Shown: positions 6,185-15,452, counted from the stretch's first letter. The stretch: DNA of 20,000 nt from an uncultured virus (IMG/VR IMGVR_UViG_3300010883_000016) (IMGVR_UViG_3300010883_000016), one strand, 5' to 3'. A program made the numbers and translations. Notes: generated by a model not told the origin, from the letters alone.

Positions 6185-6394
6185 ATGAAAGTTACAGTTA
6201 CTTTTGATCCGCAAGATAGAAAAGAGGTCGCAGATACCCTCTATCTTGTTTCGCCAAACACTGCAAATATGAATAGGACTGATCTTGCAAAGGTTGTCCG
6301 GTCTTATGCTGTGCAGATTAGGGACGGTGAAAAGACCCATTCCCTGAAAGATGTTTTTTCCTTTATTGACTCTTTAAATGTTATCGGGAGATAA
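6185..6394 (+). CDS. Hypothetical protein
   Basis: GGAG RBS; operon-like packing. Confidence 0.7.
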   Translation: MKVTVTFDPQDRKEVADTLYLVSPNTANMNRTDLAKVVRSYAVQIRDGEKTHSLKDVFSFIDSLNVIGR

Positions 6395-6395
6395 T

Positions 6396-6737
6396 ATGTC
6401 AGATCTATTCAATAGTCCAGATGCCATTGTTGTTTTGAATGATGGTGAAACATATACTGGTATAGGCGGATCTTACGTCTATCTTCTCGATAACTCTATC
6501 TCTGATAGTGATTATGATGTATCTACATTCGCAAGAGAAGTAGTTGATAAGCCGGGTGTGCAAATACTATCCATTGAAAGGTTGGTGGAGTTTTATCTCG
6601 CTTTTCAAAGTATGCACGCACATGCTTATAATATACCTGTTGACATTGGGCTCAATGTCGATCCGTCTGAGATAGGTGGTATGCCTGAGATTGATGAATC
6701 CTATAACCTTGATGATACAAATACAGGAGAATGGTAA
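6396..6737 (+). CDS. Hypothetical acidic protein
   Basis: GGGAG RBS; ATG at 6396. Confidence 0.75.
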   Translation: MSDLFNSPDAIVVLNDGETYTGIGGSYVYLLDNSISDSDYDVSTFAREVVDKPGVQILSIERLVEFYLAFQSMHAHAYNIPVDIGLNVDPSEIGGMPEIDESYNLDDTNTGEW

Positions 6738-7048
6738 TGAGAAATAAGCAAGTTATTGACGCATGGCTGAGCGGAGACTCTGCCCACACTAATAATCTTT
6801 CAACCGATGGAGTAAAGCTGTGGTCTTATAATCTAATGATTGGAGATCGTATGGATCATCAGAGTAGAATCTGGGACTATACCGCAAGGGGACACTATTA
6901 TTCTCAGACTACCTCAAAGCATGTTGGCCTTGCACTAAGTGGTGCTGGTAACTTCATTCTAATGGACCCAGGCTCGGATGCTATGATCTATGATCAGTCC
7001 ATTGGAACAGATAGAAAGTGGTGCTCGACAAGGCGGGCATATGTATAA
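6737..7048 (+). CDS. Hypothetical phage protein (LWSY...SQTTSKH motif)
   Basis: TAATG coupling to the previous gene; the S.TTSKH motif resembles small phage early proteins. Confidence 0.75.
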   Translation: MRNKQVIDAWLSGDSAHTNNLSTDGVKLWSYNLMIGDRMDHQSRIWDYTARGHYYSQTTSKHVGLALSGAGNFILMDPGSDAMIYDQSIGTDRKWCSTRRAYV

Positions 7049-7283
7049 TCAAATATTCCCTTCCGCATTGTCTGAGTATATGCTAAAACAATGCCCCAAT
7101 GATAGTAGTCATGATCGCTTTGTTACGGGAGCGGTGGTGTGCCAAGACTGGGTTGTTGATGGGTCTGGAAACTTTATGGAAGTATTTGATGAGTGTACTC
7201 AAGTCTTTCATAAGCCAAGCACTGATAATGAGTGGACGTGCGCGGACTGTGGAGCAGTAGGAGTAGATAATGTGGCAACTTGA
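7041..7283 (+). CDS. Hypothetical protein with C-terminal CxxC
   Basis: Overlaps the previous stop; CP...H and WTCADCG suggest a Zn-binding site. Confidence 0.7.
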   Translation: MYNQIFPSALSEYMLKQCPNDSSHDRFVTGAVVCQDWVVDGSGNFMEVFDECTQVFHKPSTDNEWTCADCGAVGVDNVAT

Positions 7284-7343
7284 AGCAATATTTTTAATCT
7301 TTGCTGGCTTTTTAGCTTGCGAGCTAATCTATGGAGTGATATT

Positions 7344-7658
7344 ATGAGTTGGGATAACGTACCAGATGATTGGGGTAGATACTACGCTAAGTGTGGTTGT
7401 CATGCCTCGGAAGGTGGACACTCATGCAAAGAGGGTCAGTATGAAGATGCAGAAAGAAAGTGGCTTCAAGCTTCTGATTATGAGATTGAGGATGGAATAT
7501 GGTCTAAGGTGATTGGATTCTCAAAGCATACGTGTAGAAGGAATCATAAGAATGGCAAGATTAAAAAGGGTGAACGGTATAGGCTGAAAACTTATCGCTC
7601 TATTAGCGATGAAACTGGTGAGAGCTGGATTAGTAAAAGCATAACAAGGATTCTATAA
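7344..7658 (+). CDS. Hypothetical Cys/His-containing protein
   Basis: GGAG RBS; CGCHASEGGHSC motif. Confidence 0.75.
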   Translation: MSWDNVPDDWGRYYAKCGCHASEGGHSCKEGQYEDAERKWLQASDYEIEDGIWSKVIGFSKHTCRRNHKNGKIKKGERYRLKTYRSISDETGESWISKSITRIL

Positions 7659-7813
7659 TGTATAAGGTAACTGGCACCACTGTTCATGGAAAACGCTTTA
7701 AGATTGAAACAAGCAGTCACATGCATGCATTCGGTATAAACCTATGGAGAGGCTCCGTCTGGGAGCTTCAAAAGAGTAATAAGTGGAAGCTGATGCGGAG
7801 GGTGTATAACTAA
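7658..7813 (+). CDS. Small hypothetical protein (51 aa, not in ORF track)
   Basis: MYKVTGTTVHGKRFKIETSSHMHAFGINLWRGSVWE...VYN*; TAATG coupling at both ends. Confidence 0.7.
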   Translation: MYKVTGTTVHGKRFKIETSSHMHAFGINLWRGSVWELQKSNKWKLMRRVYN

Positions 7814-8082
7814 TGGACTTTGAAAAATACGATCTGCATGTGGGCAGATATGTATCCTTTTGGTTCCAGGCGAGGAACTATGCCGTTATAAGTAGTCTTA
7901 ACGATTATGGGATCGTTTTTCAAATCTATAAAGTGATTGCAGATGAAAATAATGAAGAAGGGTATGAGCCAGAGTATAGTGCTGGTGATGCTGCATTCTT
8001 TCCATGGATGGCATGCCCTAATCTTAAGTTTGAGCAACGAAAAGATATTCCAGATAATGTTTCTTATGCGTCCTATACGTAA
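7813..8082 (+). CDS. Hypothetical protein
   Basis: TAATG coupling; GGAGG upstream. Confidence 0.7.
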   Translation: MDFEKYDLHVGRYVSFWFQARNYAVISSLNDYGIVFQIYKVIADENNEEGYEPEYSAGDAAFFPWMACPNLKFEQRKDIPDNVSYASYT

Positions 8083-8238
8083 AAAACTCATAAAAGTTTA
8101 TGAATTCATTTTGGATCATGGGCTTGGATCAGAGTTGAGACGATGCAAGACTATATCTAATAGAGACACTGGTTGCATTAGACACCTAAATCACTGGGGC
8201 CGTCATGAAGATGCATGGCGTCACAAGTGGAGAGAGTA

Positions 8239-8415
8239 ATGAAGTTTATATTTTATACAGCCCTGGTTTGTGCTGTCTTTTACCTTGCAGCATCGTGGGC
8301 AATAAACAGCCCAGATGATGCAGCAGCTTTTATAAGCAATTGCACAGATGTTGCAAAGAACATTGTCGCAAGTGTAGATGATTATTTTCATGGAGTAAGC
8401 AATGACAACACGTAG
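8239..8415 (+). CDS. Small membrane or secreted hypothetical protein
   Basis: GGAGAG RBS; MKFIFYTALVCAVFYLAASWA hydrophobic N-terminus. Confidence 0.65.
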   Translation: MKFIFYTALVCAVFYLAASWAINSPDDAAAFISNCTDVAKNIVASVDDYFHGVSNDNT

Positions 8416-8728
8416 ACAGTTTTTCGCTCGTCTTAGGAAATTAGGTTATTCTAAGTCTGACATTCAAATGACCCGTATTGGGCTCACCTATGTAATGGAT
8501 GATGATGAGCATGGCAGGGTAACCGTTACTGTTCCTAAACATCATAGTGGGACCTTCACTATCCTGGGCGATGTTCCTTATAGCGGGATCTTTGTTGAGG
8601 ATACCGGAAGGCAACTTAATTGGGGAACTCCAGTAACCCCAAGTGATCTTGGGCTGAATAATATGCTTGAGGTTTGCCTTGGACTGTGTAAAGAAGAGAT
8701 TGTGTTTAATAAGCCAAGCGCAGTATAA
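8402..8728 (+). CDS. Hypothetical protein
   Basis: GGAG RBS; 108 aa. Confidence 0.75.
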   Translation: MTTRRQFFARLRKLGYSKSDIQMTRIGLTYVMDDDEHGRVTVTVPKHHSGTFTILGDVPYSGIFVEDTGRQLNWGTPVTPSDLGLNNMLEVCLGLCKEEIVFNKPSAV

Positions 8729-8924
8729 TGTGGCTATGGAGGGGCATGGACACATCAAGTAGATATATTAACTAATCATTGCCGAGTGCTAACTGATCAG
8801 GTTGATCAGCTTGAAGAAAGATTAGCTTTTTTGAAAACACCATACTAACCCTGATCAGAGCACTGGTTAGGGCGGCGTTATCGTTCCAGACGAAGATGGA
8901 ACACATTCATTTGAGGATAATTAA

Positions 8925-9224
8925 ATGTATATTGGTCACAAAGTAACCATTCGAAGCAAATATAGTCACGCAACGGAAGAAGAAGTAGAGGAGGTTGAGG
9001 GCATTGTCGTAGATGTGAACAGAGATCATTATGGCAATCTCAACGCCTTGTATGTTATGTCTGTGTCAAGTAATGGCATGGGGCATGTTCACTCTGCGCC
9101 ACTACAGGAGATCATCTTCCATGATGGCAATGGAGTTCTAAAGGAGATTAAGAGTCCTTATGAGCAGATGATTAATCAAACCTTGGGAATGATGCTTTCT
9201 GGCGGAAGGCCTATAGAGGTGTAG
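8925..9224 (+). CDS. Hypothetical protein, possibly SH3-like beta-barrel
   Basis: GAGGA RBS; 'IGHKVTI...GIVVDV' pattern. Confidence 0.7.
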   Translation: MYIGHKVTIRSKYSHATEEEVEEVEGIVVDVNRDHYGNLNALYVMSVSSNGMGHVHSAPLQEIIFHDGNGVLKEIKSPYEQMINQTLGMMLSGGRPIEV

Positions 9225-9389
9225 TGCATGTCTATTAGAGTCAGGCCAGATTATTGTTTTAGGATTTTCAAATGCTTGAGGTAATTATATTTTTTGCAGG
9301 ATTTTACATCTTAGGTGTAGCTGCAAGTAAAATCTCCGAATCTGCTTATTGGATGTGGGTTGAGTGGCGCTTAAAAAATAAGAAATGAA

Positions 9390-9482
9390 TGCGACAATAT
9401 ACTTTATTACGTAATGTAATGATGCTTAAAATGCACGTCGGGCACTGGCTCTCCCTATTGAACCGCCCACCGCGCGACAATA
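9390..9482 (+). repeat. Pair of (T/C)GCGACAATA boxes
   Basis: TGCGACAATA at 9390 and CGCGACAATA at 9473, in an intergenic gap. Confidence 0.7.
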
Positions 9483-9561
9483 TATATTAGTTGGGCCTTA
9501 TGATATTTGCTTTTAGTATGCCATCGTAGAGTATCCGATAACCCATCTACTATGGAATGAC

Positions 9562-9981
9562 ATGTTACAAAAGATCGTTCATACGGATAATGTTCCTGAT
9601 AACTGTGCTACGAAAGGACTACACCCTAATCTTTTTCCTAATGGATGGAGAGAGGTTGACGTTGGTGAGTTTTCTAAAAGCAACTTCTTTACTTATTCTC
9701 CAACTCATGTTGAGTATCGTCAAATGTACGATGCTTATCCTTTTACTTCACCAATGGTTGCCGCAAAGCTGTTTCATTTTTCCGATGGAACCGGTATTGC
9801 GATGAGTAATGAGTGGTGGAATGAGAAGGTTCGATACTTCAAGTTTGGTTGTGATCATCATTATATTGAACTAATGCCAAGCGAATGTAATCAGCGTGGC
9901 GTTAGTCACTTTGGTATGTGTTATCATGTTTATGAGTGTGACAAGTGTAAGAATGTTATGTCTCAAGACTCAAGCGACTGA
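9562..9981 (+). CDS. Hypothetical protein with C-terminal Zn-finger-like motif
   Basis: C.H.Y...H.Y.C.KC......DSSD. Confidence 0.8.
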   Translation: MLQKIVHTDNVPDNCATKGLHPNLFPNGWREVDVGEFSKSNFFTYSPTHVEYRQMYDAYPFTSPMVAAKLFHFSDGTGIAMSNEWWNEKVRYFKFGCDHHYIELMPSECNQRGVSHFGMCYHVYECDKCKNVMSQDSSD

Positions 9982-9988
9982 GGTAAAA

Positions 9989-10519
9989 ATGTTTAGACCT
10001 GATATCAAAACAATGTTTGTTCAGTTGAATGACAAGCACTTCAATGGTGAGATTCCTAACATTCCTATTGTGTGGAATACTCGCATGACCACAACCGCTG
10101 GTTACTGCCGATATAAGCGCGGGAGAGATCGCACTCTTGTTCCGACTAAGATTGATATGTCCGATAAACTATTTAGGCATCTTGATTATGATTTGAGTAA
10201 GATCGAACGGACTATGGTTCATGAGATGGTTCACGCCTATCTTGTTCATAAGTATAACGAGAAGGGCCATACCGCACGCTTCCAGCGCATGATGACAAAC
10301 ATCACTGGCGAGTATAAGAATCATAGGTGTCATAGTTATGACACTGTTGGCATCAAGCGAAAGCAAGAAAAGAAAGTCAAGTGGGAATGTTCTGGCTGCC
10401 CTGCTGAGGGCTGGAAGGTTCGTATGCCAAAGAGACCTAATGGACACATTTGCCGAGCCTGTAGAGGCCGTGTATCATTTATGGATATGAGCAGAGAAAC
10501 TTCTTCTAAAATCTTTTGA
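9989..10519 (+). CDS. SprT-like zinc metalloprotease with C-terminal Zn ribbon
   Basis: LN...F.G..P....WN.RMTTTAG, HEMVH (HExxH), GH...F, C..C...C..C; GAGG RBS before ATG at 9989. Confidence 0.9.
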   Translation: MFRPDIKTMFVQLNDKHFNGEIPNIPIVWNTRMTTTAGYCRYKRGRDRTLVPTKIDMSDKLFRHLDYDLSKIERTMVHEMVHAYLVHKYNEKGHTARFQRMMTNITGEYKNHRCHSYDTVGIKRKQEKKVKWECSGCPAEGWKVRMPKRPNGHICRACRGRVSFMDMSRETSSKIF

Positions 10520-10532
10520 CCAAGAGAATAAA

Positions 10533-10745
10533 ATGGAACCTTGCATAAACCATTGGCCTTCAACGCAACTGTGTATGGAGTGCAAACATGGTGCGTTCAT
10601 AAACGATGAGGACTTACCTGGGTCAACATACGCTTGTCTTATCGGCGTTGACCTCGCCCCATGTGAAGGCTCCTGTGACTCGCAAGAAGTGAAGAAAGAA
10701 AAACATGAGGAACGCTTCCTCGCTAATGACCCTATTGAATGGTAA
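10533..10745 (+). CDS. Small Cys-rich hypothetical protein
   Basis: Six Cys in 70 aa; operon packing. Confidence 0.7.
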   Translation: MEPCINHWPSTQLCMECKHGAFINDEDLPGSTYACLIGVDLAPCEGSCDSQEVKKEKHEERFLANDPIEW

Positions 10746-10756
10746 AGGAATAAACA

Positions 10757-11356
10757 ATGCCCAACTGGTGTACTAATACTCTAAATGTTTCTGGTGATGA
10801 GAAATCAATCGCTACCTTTCTAACTGCTGCCCGTGGTCGTCATGCTGGCTATAATGATACTTATAATGGTAATGGTGGTGATGGAACATGGCCCGCTCAC
10901 GATAAAGTACGTGTAAAGGCACTTACAAAAACTCCAGCACCTGTTTATGGTGACGAAGTGGATCTTTGCATGAACGCTCTTTATCCTGTGCCTATGGACT
11001 TTCGACGGTTTCCTTTTGATGATGCTCAAGCACGTAAGCTCGGAGAGATTGTTGATGAGCCGCGTGAGTATGGTGGTTATAGGTGGCAAACTGATCATTG
11101 GGGATCTAAGTGGGATGTTGATGGTGTACTGTTCGAAAACCAGAATACCTTTCTTCAATATCAGTTTGATAGTGCGTGGTCCCCTCCAATCTCTTTCTTT
11201 GAAAAGGTTGCCAGGGACTTTCCTAACCTAACATTTGAGTTGGAGTATTATGAGCAGGGCATGGGATTTGCCGGAAGAAGCACCTTTGAGGGTGATTATC
11301 ATGGTGAGGAAGACCTGCCTATTGAAGACTTTGTTGATTATGAGGAAGAAGAATGA
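10757..11356 (+). CDS. DUF1281/YubB ferredoxin-like domain protein
   Basis: MPNWCTN.L.V.G...W....WGSKWD...FDSAWSPP...FP.L.F.L.Y.E.G..FAG signature. Confidence 0.85.
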   Translation: MPNWCTNTLNVSGDEKSIATFLTAARGRHAGYNDTYNGNGGDGTWPAHDKVRVKALTKTPAPVYGDEVDLCMNALYPVPMDFRRFPFDDAQARKLGEIVDEPREYGGYRWQTDHWGSKWDVDGVLFENQNTFLQYQFDSAWSPPISFFEKVARDFPNLTFELEYYEQGMGFAGRSTFEGDYHGEEDLPIEDFVDYEEEE

Positions 11357-11661
11357 CTAACGAACTGTTTGATATTTCTAATAACGTACAGGTAACGGCA
11401 GAAGATATTTATCATCTAACTTCTTCTTATGGAGCCGTTCCAGTTATTGATTTCTCTTGTGATCATATTCAAGAACTCAAGGAACATGAGTTGGTCGAGG
11501 CAACTGGTTCTGAGCCTTGTGACTGGATCTATATGACTCGAAAGGGAATGGATTGGTTAGAGAATGTTACTTACTGTGAGCATAAGCGATGCGGCGGCAA
11601 CTATGAGGATGTTTATTGTCGCGATTGTGGTGCTGATTACAACAACGGAAGGCTTCTGTGA
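11353..11661 (+). CDS. Hypothetical protein with C-terminal Zn-ribbon
   Basis: ATGA overlap; CEH...C..CG. Confidence 0.75.
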   Translation: MTNELFDISNNVQVTAEDIYHLTSSYGAVPVIDFSCDHIQELKEHELVEATGSEPCDWIYMTRKGMDWLENVTYCEHKRCGGNYEDVYCRDCGADYNNGRLL

Positions 11662-11879
11662 TGAGTGGATATGTTATTGAAAGACAAGGCGTAAGCTGGG
11701 ATGAAAGATTTTATATTGACATCCCATCGGTAGGTGTTAGAAAGTTTGGGTCCGATGATCGCGCTCGCGTCTTTATTTCAAAAGATGAAGCGGAGCTTAT
11801 GGCAGAGAGTATTGACAAAGAGTTTGGCCTATATTGCTATGTAACTAAGAGGTCCGACCTCTACCCACCTTCCTTCTAA
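11661..11879 (+). CDS. Hypothetical protein
   Basis: TGATG coupling. Confidence 0.7.
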   Translation: MSGYVIERQGVSWDERFYIDIPSVGVRKFGSDDRARVFISKDEAELMAESIDKEFGLYCYVTKRSDLYPPSF

Positions 11880-11888
11880 GGATATAAA

Positions 11889-12179
11889 ATGTATCGAGAA
11901 ACCGCTTACTTCTATCTTCGTGACGGCATATACGATGTTACCTTTGCATACCGGCGAAGCCATGATACCGTCTTGTTTGGTGCGGCTTTTTGCAACCCAA
12001 AAGATCAGTTTTCAAAAACTATGGGAAGGAAGATTGCCGAGGGCCGCATGATGACAGATCAGTTCTTCCCTCAGTATTGCATTGCTATTGACCCAGAAAG
12101 CACACGCTTTCAAGTGCATGACATGCTTGTGGCGGCCCTAAGCAGCTATCCCCCATCACCATCTTTAATCAGGGAGTAA
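11889..12179 (+). CDS. Hypothetical phage protein (A.C.P.D.F.K..GR.IA..R motif)
   Basis: AAGGA RBS; motif resembles small phage proteins. Confidence 0.75.
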   Translation: MYRETAYFYLRDGIYDVTFAYRRSHDTVLFGAAFCNPKDQFSKTMGRKIAEGRMMTDQFFPQYCIAIDPESTRFQVHDMLVAALSSYPPSPSLIRE

Positions 12180-12181
12180 TC

Positions 12182-12646
12182 ATGGGCGCAGATTTTATGC
12201 TATACTGTTGCGAGGACCCTACTGATTATAAAAAGGCGATGCCTCTAATTAAATACCGGATTGATAACCTATCTAACAATGACCTTGATGGTCTTGCCAA
12301 GGATGCTTTGTGGCATGAGGCTAGCGAGATACAGGCGGATGAGGAGGCGGAATGTACTCTAAAGGAAGAGGACTTGTGGAAGCTCAATGACCTAACCTCT
12401 ATTAAGATTAGAGATATGGTCAAAGAAAAAATAAAAGCGGCAGCTGAGGAGCTTTTTGGCGCTGGTAGTTATAGGCGTGATGTTGCATCCATGCGTTTGG
12501 GTGAAATTTATTACTTGATGACGGGCGGAATGTCATGGGGTGATCTGCCAACCGAAGCATGTGACTTGATATGTTTAATTGAAAATTCTGCCGTAACAGA
12601 TGGCATGGGTCGCTTGGACTTTGACTATGAATCATTCAAGGCATAA
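12182..12646 (+). CDS. Hypothetical protein (MGADF...TGGMSWGD.PT)
   Basis: GGGAG RBS; 154 aa. Confidence 0.8.
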   Translation: MGADFMLYCCEDPTDYKKAMPLIKYRIDNLSNNDLDGLAKDALWHEASEIQADEEAECTLKEEDLWKLNDLTSIKIRDMVKEKIKAAAEELFGAGSYRRDVASMRLGEIYYLMTGGMSWGDLPTEACDLICLIENSAVTDGMGRLDFDYESFKA

Positions 12647-12752
12647 GGAGTTACAATGTATAAATATTTTGATTCAAATGATATTTTCTTTTTTAAAATC
12701 TTAACAACATTTACCGGTATTACAATTCTAGCAATGCTTGCGGTTTCTTGGC

Positions 12753-12923
12753 ATGGATAATATTGACGAAGAACTGTACAAAGACATATACGACTCTGTG
12801 TTGCAATTTATACTTATAGAAGGAATGCATGGAGTTGACTTTGAAAAGGATGGAGTTTTAGGCACAATATCTAAAGCTCTACTTGATTTATCAAAAAATA
12901 TTAAGGATATAGCAAATGAGTAG
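12753..12923 (+). CDS. Small hypothetical protein
   Basis: ATG at 12753; overlaps the next gene; weak RBS. Confidence 0.5.
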   Translation: MDNIDEELYKDIYDSVLQFILIEGMHGVDFEKDGVLGTISKALLDLSKNIKDIANE

Positions 12924-13188
12924 AGAGATTGTACATAATGTTAGAGGCCCAGTATATCTTGCTGAATATAGCCATAAGCACGGATCTGATTTCTCTGTTC
13001 ACACTACATATGAGGGTGCGCAAGAGTACCTGAAGGCTATTGTTACAGATTTTAAAGATGATTTTATTCCTGGGTCTGGAAATGAAGCCTATGAGGACTC
13101 TAGCTTAGATGAGCTGGTTACATCTTGGACAGATATCACTAGCACTACTGAGTGGCTAAATATTATAGAAATGGAGCTACAAAGATGA
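12916..13188 (+). CDS. Hypothetical protein
   Basis: AAGGA RBS; 90 aa. Confidence 0.75.
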   Translation: MSREIVHNVRGPVYLAEYSHKHGSDFSVHTTYEGAQEYLKAIVTDFKDDFIPGSGNEAYEDSSLDELVTSWTDITSTTEWLNIIEMELQR

Positions 13189-13358
13189 ACGAGATATGTC
13201 CTGTATGCGATTCAAAAAATATTACTGGTGGGCAAGTAGATACGGACACCGGAGTCTGCTGGCAAAGCGTACAATGTGATGAGTGCCTATCTGAATGGCA
13301 AGAAGTATATAATTTTTCTTATATTGATAATATCAAAACAAAAGAGGTTGCGGGATGA
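13185..13358 (+). CDS. Small Zn-ribbon protein
   Basis: CPVC...CDEC...W.E.Y; ATGA overlaps at both ends. Confidence 0.75.
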   Translation: MNEICPVCDSKNITGGQVDTDTGVCWQSVQCDECLSEWQEVYNFSYIDNIKTKEVAG

Positions 13359-14488
13359 ATCTGCCTACACTATATGGAAAGTCAACCAATGGGAAGCTCA
13401 AAGAGTGGAATATCTCGGTTCTCAAGATGGGCGATGGCTCCTGTTACATCGAGACTGAGCATGGCTATGAAAGTGGCAAGAAGCAGCTTGACCAACGCTT
13501 TGTTGGAGAGGGCAAGAATCTCGGTAGAGCAAACGAAACCACTGTCTACGAACAGGCATGTTCTGAAGCTCAATCTGCACATAGCCGTAAAAAGGATTCG
13601 GGATACGTAGAGGATAAAGATAAGATCCCTTGCGAGTCTGAGGGTATGTTCCTTCCTATGCTCGCGCATAGGCATGATAAACATAGTGCAAAAATTAACT
13701 ATCCATGCTGGGTCCAGCCGAAGCTGGATGGTGTTCGCATGCTTGCTCGTAAGGAAGATGGTGTGGTCACTATGTGGTCACGCAAGGGAAAGATTATTGA
13801 CATTCCTGATAGGATTAACGCACAACTTTGTGACATGCTACAAGACGGTCAGTGTACGGATGGAGAGCTATATGTTCATGGCTGGACATTCCAAAGAATT
13901 ATCTCTGCTGTAAAGAAAAAGCGAGACGATACGGACCTATTAGAGTATCATATATATGACAGCCCGCACCATACGCTTGCATTTGAAGAAAGAATGCCGC
14001 AATATGGTATAGCCGGCGGCGGTGTAGCTTTTCCGAGGTATTGTCAATCATGGGCTATTATTGGAAAAAATATTAAACTTGTAAGAACTCAAGATGTTGT
14101 TGGTGATTCTGAATTTAATGTGTATGAGCAACACTTTGTATCAGAGGGTTATGAGGGCATGATGGCTCGTAACCAAAACAGCCTTTATAAGTATAAGAAT
14201 AGATCATATGATTTGCAAAAAGTTAAAAGGTTTGTTGATGACGAATACAAGATCATCGGAGGGAAAGACGGAGCAGGAAGAGAAGCAGGTCTTGTCATCT
14301 ATAGATGCATTACTTCTGATGGGCTTGAGTTTGATGTACGCCCCAGAGGAACCCATGAAGAACGAGCAAAAATCTACAAAAATTTAGATAAATACCTTGA
14401 CAAGTATCTCACGGTGAGGTATCAAGAGCTAACGGATGATGGTCGTCCGAGATTCCCTGTCGGTATCGCAGTAAGAGATTATGAATAA
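13355..14488 (+). CDS. lig: ATP-dependent DNA ligase (phage type)
   Basis: PMLA; motif I QPKLDGVR; DGELY; YHIYD; EGYEGMMAR; LQKVK; OB-fold ending PRFP. Confidence 0.95.
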   Translation: MNLPTLYGKSTNGKLKEWNISVLKMGDGSCYIETEHGYESGKKQLDQRFVGEGKNLGRANETTVYEQACSEAQSAHSRKKDSGYVEDKDKIPCESEGMFLPMLAHRHDKHSAKINYPCWVQPKLDGVRMLARKEDGVVTMWSRKGKIIDIPDRINAQLCDMLQDGQCTDGELYVHGWTFQRIISAVKKKRDDTDLLEYHIYDSPHHTLAFEERMPQYGIAGGGVAFPRYCQSWAIIGKNIKLVRTQDVVGDSEFNVYEQHFVSEGYEGMMARNQNSLYKYKNRSYDLQKVKRFVDDEYKIIGGKDGAGREAGLVIYRCITSDGLEFDVRPRGTHEERAKIYKNLDKYLDKYLTVRYQELTDDGRPRFPVGIAVRDYE

Positions 14489-14497
14489 GGAGATAAT

Positions 14498-14686
14498 ATG
14501 ACTATAGAGAATGATAATGTTTTAACAAAGTGGGAAGAGCTTAAGGTTTTGGTTGCAACTTTGGAAACAGATGTTACCAAGAATGCAACTGGAAATGCAG
14601 CAGCAGGAGTTCGTGCAAGAAAGGGCCTTAGGACTCTTAGGCAGACAACCTCTGACCTTGTAAAACTTACTCTTAATAAGGAGTAA
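14498..14686 (+). CDS. Histone H1-like (Hc1-family N-terminal domain) protein
   Basis: L...V..LE.D..K...GNAAAGVRARKGL..L signature; AAGGAG RBS. Confidence 0.75.
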   Translation: MTIENDNVLTKWEELKVLVATLETDVTKNATGNAAAGVRARKGLRTLRQTTSDLVKLTLNKE

Positions 14687-14692
14687 CTCAAG

Positions 14693-14726
14693 TGGGGGAG
14701 GTTTTTACTTCCCCCATGCGACAATA
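14693..14726 (+). terminator. Hairpin directly followed by a TGCGACAATA box
   Basis: TGGGGGAGGT-TTTT-ACTTCCCCCA-TGCGACAATA. Confidence 0.7.
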
Positions 14727-14880
14727 TATTATATCAAAATATAAATATAGCATTGATTGATTATTTTAATTATATTTATATTTTGCACGCTATACCTGCA
14801 CATAGGATGATAGTATGATGGGATAAAATATATTTAGTTGTTTTTAATTATAAAAAATCTTTATAATAGGGGTAAGCAAA

Positions 14881-15006
14881 ATGACTGTTAGGGTTACTAA
14901 TCTTGAAACCAAAGCTGTTTATGTTCATCGAAATCTAAACAGAAATGACATTGGTTGGATATCTCTTAATCCCAACCTTAGGGTTGAGGTGGTAAAGAGG
15001 CGATAG
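14881..15006 (+). CDS. Small hypothetical protein (41 aa)
   Basis: AGGGGT RBS; MTVRVTNLETKAVYVHRNL...KRR*. Confidence 0.5.
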   Translation: MTVRVTNLETKAVYVHRNLNRNDIGWISLNPNLRVEVVKRR

Positions 15007-15015
15007 GCTTATTAG

Positions 15016-15093
15016 AGGCCTATAGCTCAATCAGGTTAGAGCATTGCTCTCATAAAGCAAGGGTTCTCGGTTCGAGTCCGAGTAGGCCTACCA
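15016..15093 (+). tRNA. tRNA with CAT anticodon, probably Ile2 (lysidine) rather than Met
   Basis: Acceptor AGGCCTA/TAGGCCT with C4-G69 and C5-G68 (TilS determinants); anticodon arm TTGCT-CTCATAA-AGCAA; CCA. Confidence 0.9.
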
Positions 15094-15242
15094 CTTATAA
15101 TGCGTTGAATATATATATTCGTAATATTTAGATTATCCCCCAATAATCTAATCCGCATTTTATGATAGTAATATTACTATCCCCGCAGGGAGGCATGGGG
15201 TTAAAGATGTCTCGTTTAATATAATAAATAAGGAGTGTTAAA

Positions 15243-15443
15243 ATGATTGATAAGTCCCGAGAAACTCGTCGCGTTAGTATGCGACTTCGCAATGGTGATC
15301 GCAGCAAGCAAGCTGGATCAAATAATCTTACCATTACGTCTCATTCTAATGATTGGCGTATGCGAGAGGTGTCTGTAACCATGACGGTTCGTGATGCACA
15401 GACTCTTAAGCGTTTTTTGAACGAAACCCTTGAGTGTGAGTAA
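15243..15443 (+). CDS. Small basic hypothetical protein, possibly nucleic-acid-binding
   Basis: AAGGAG RBS; predicted beta-strands followed by the helix TVRDAQTLKRFL. Confidence 0.75.
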   Translation: MIDKSRETRRVSMRLRNGDRSKQAGSNNLTITSHSNDWRMREVSVTMTVRDAQTLKRFLNETLECE

Positions 15444-15452
15444 ACAATCTAT

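Noticed and set aside
8402..8728. HicA-like toxin (LRKLGY...VTVPKH pattern)
   Set aside because: The catalytic GSH motif is absent and there is no HicB partner; left as hypothetical.
13355..14488. Intein or intron in DNA ligase or DUF2828
   Set aside because: Motifs are collinear at normal spacing, with no insertion or splice-junction signature.
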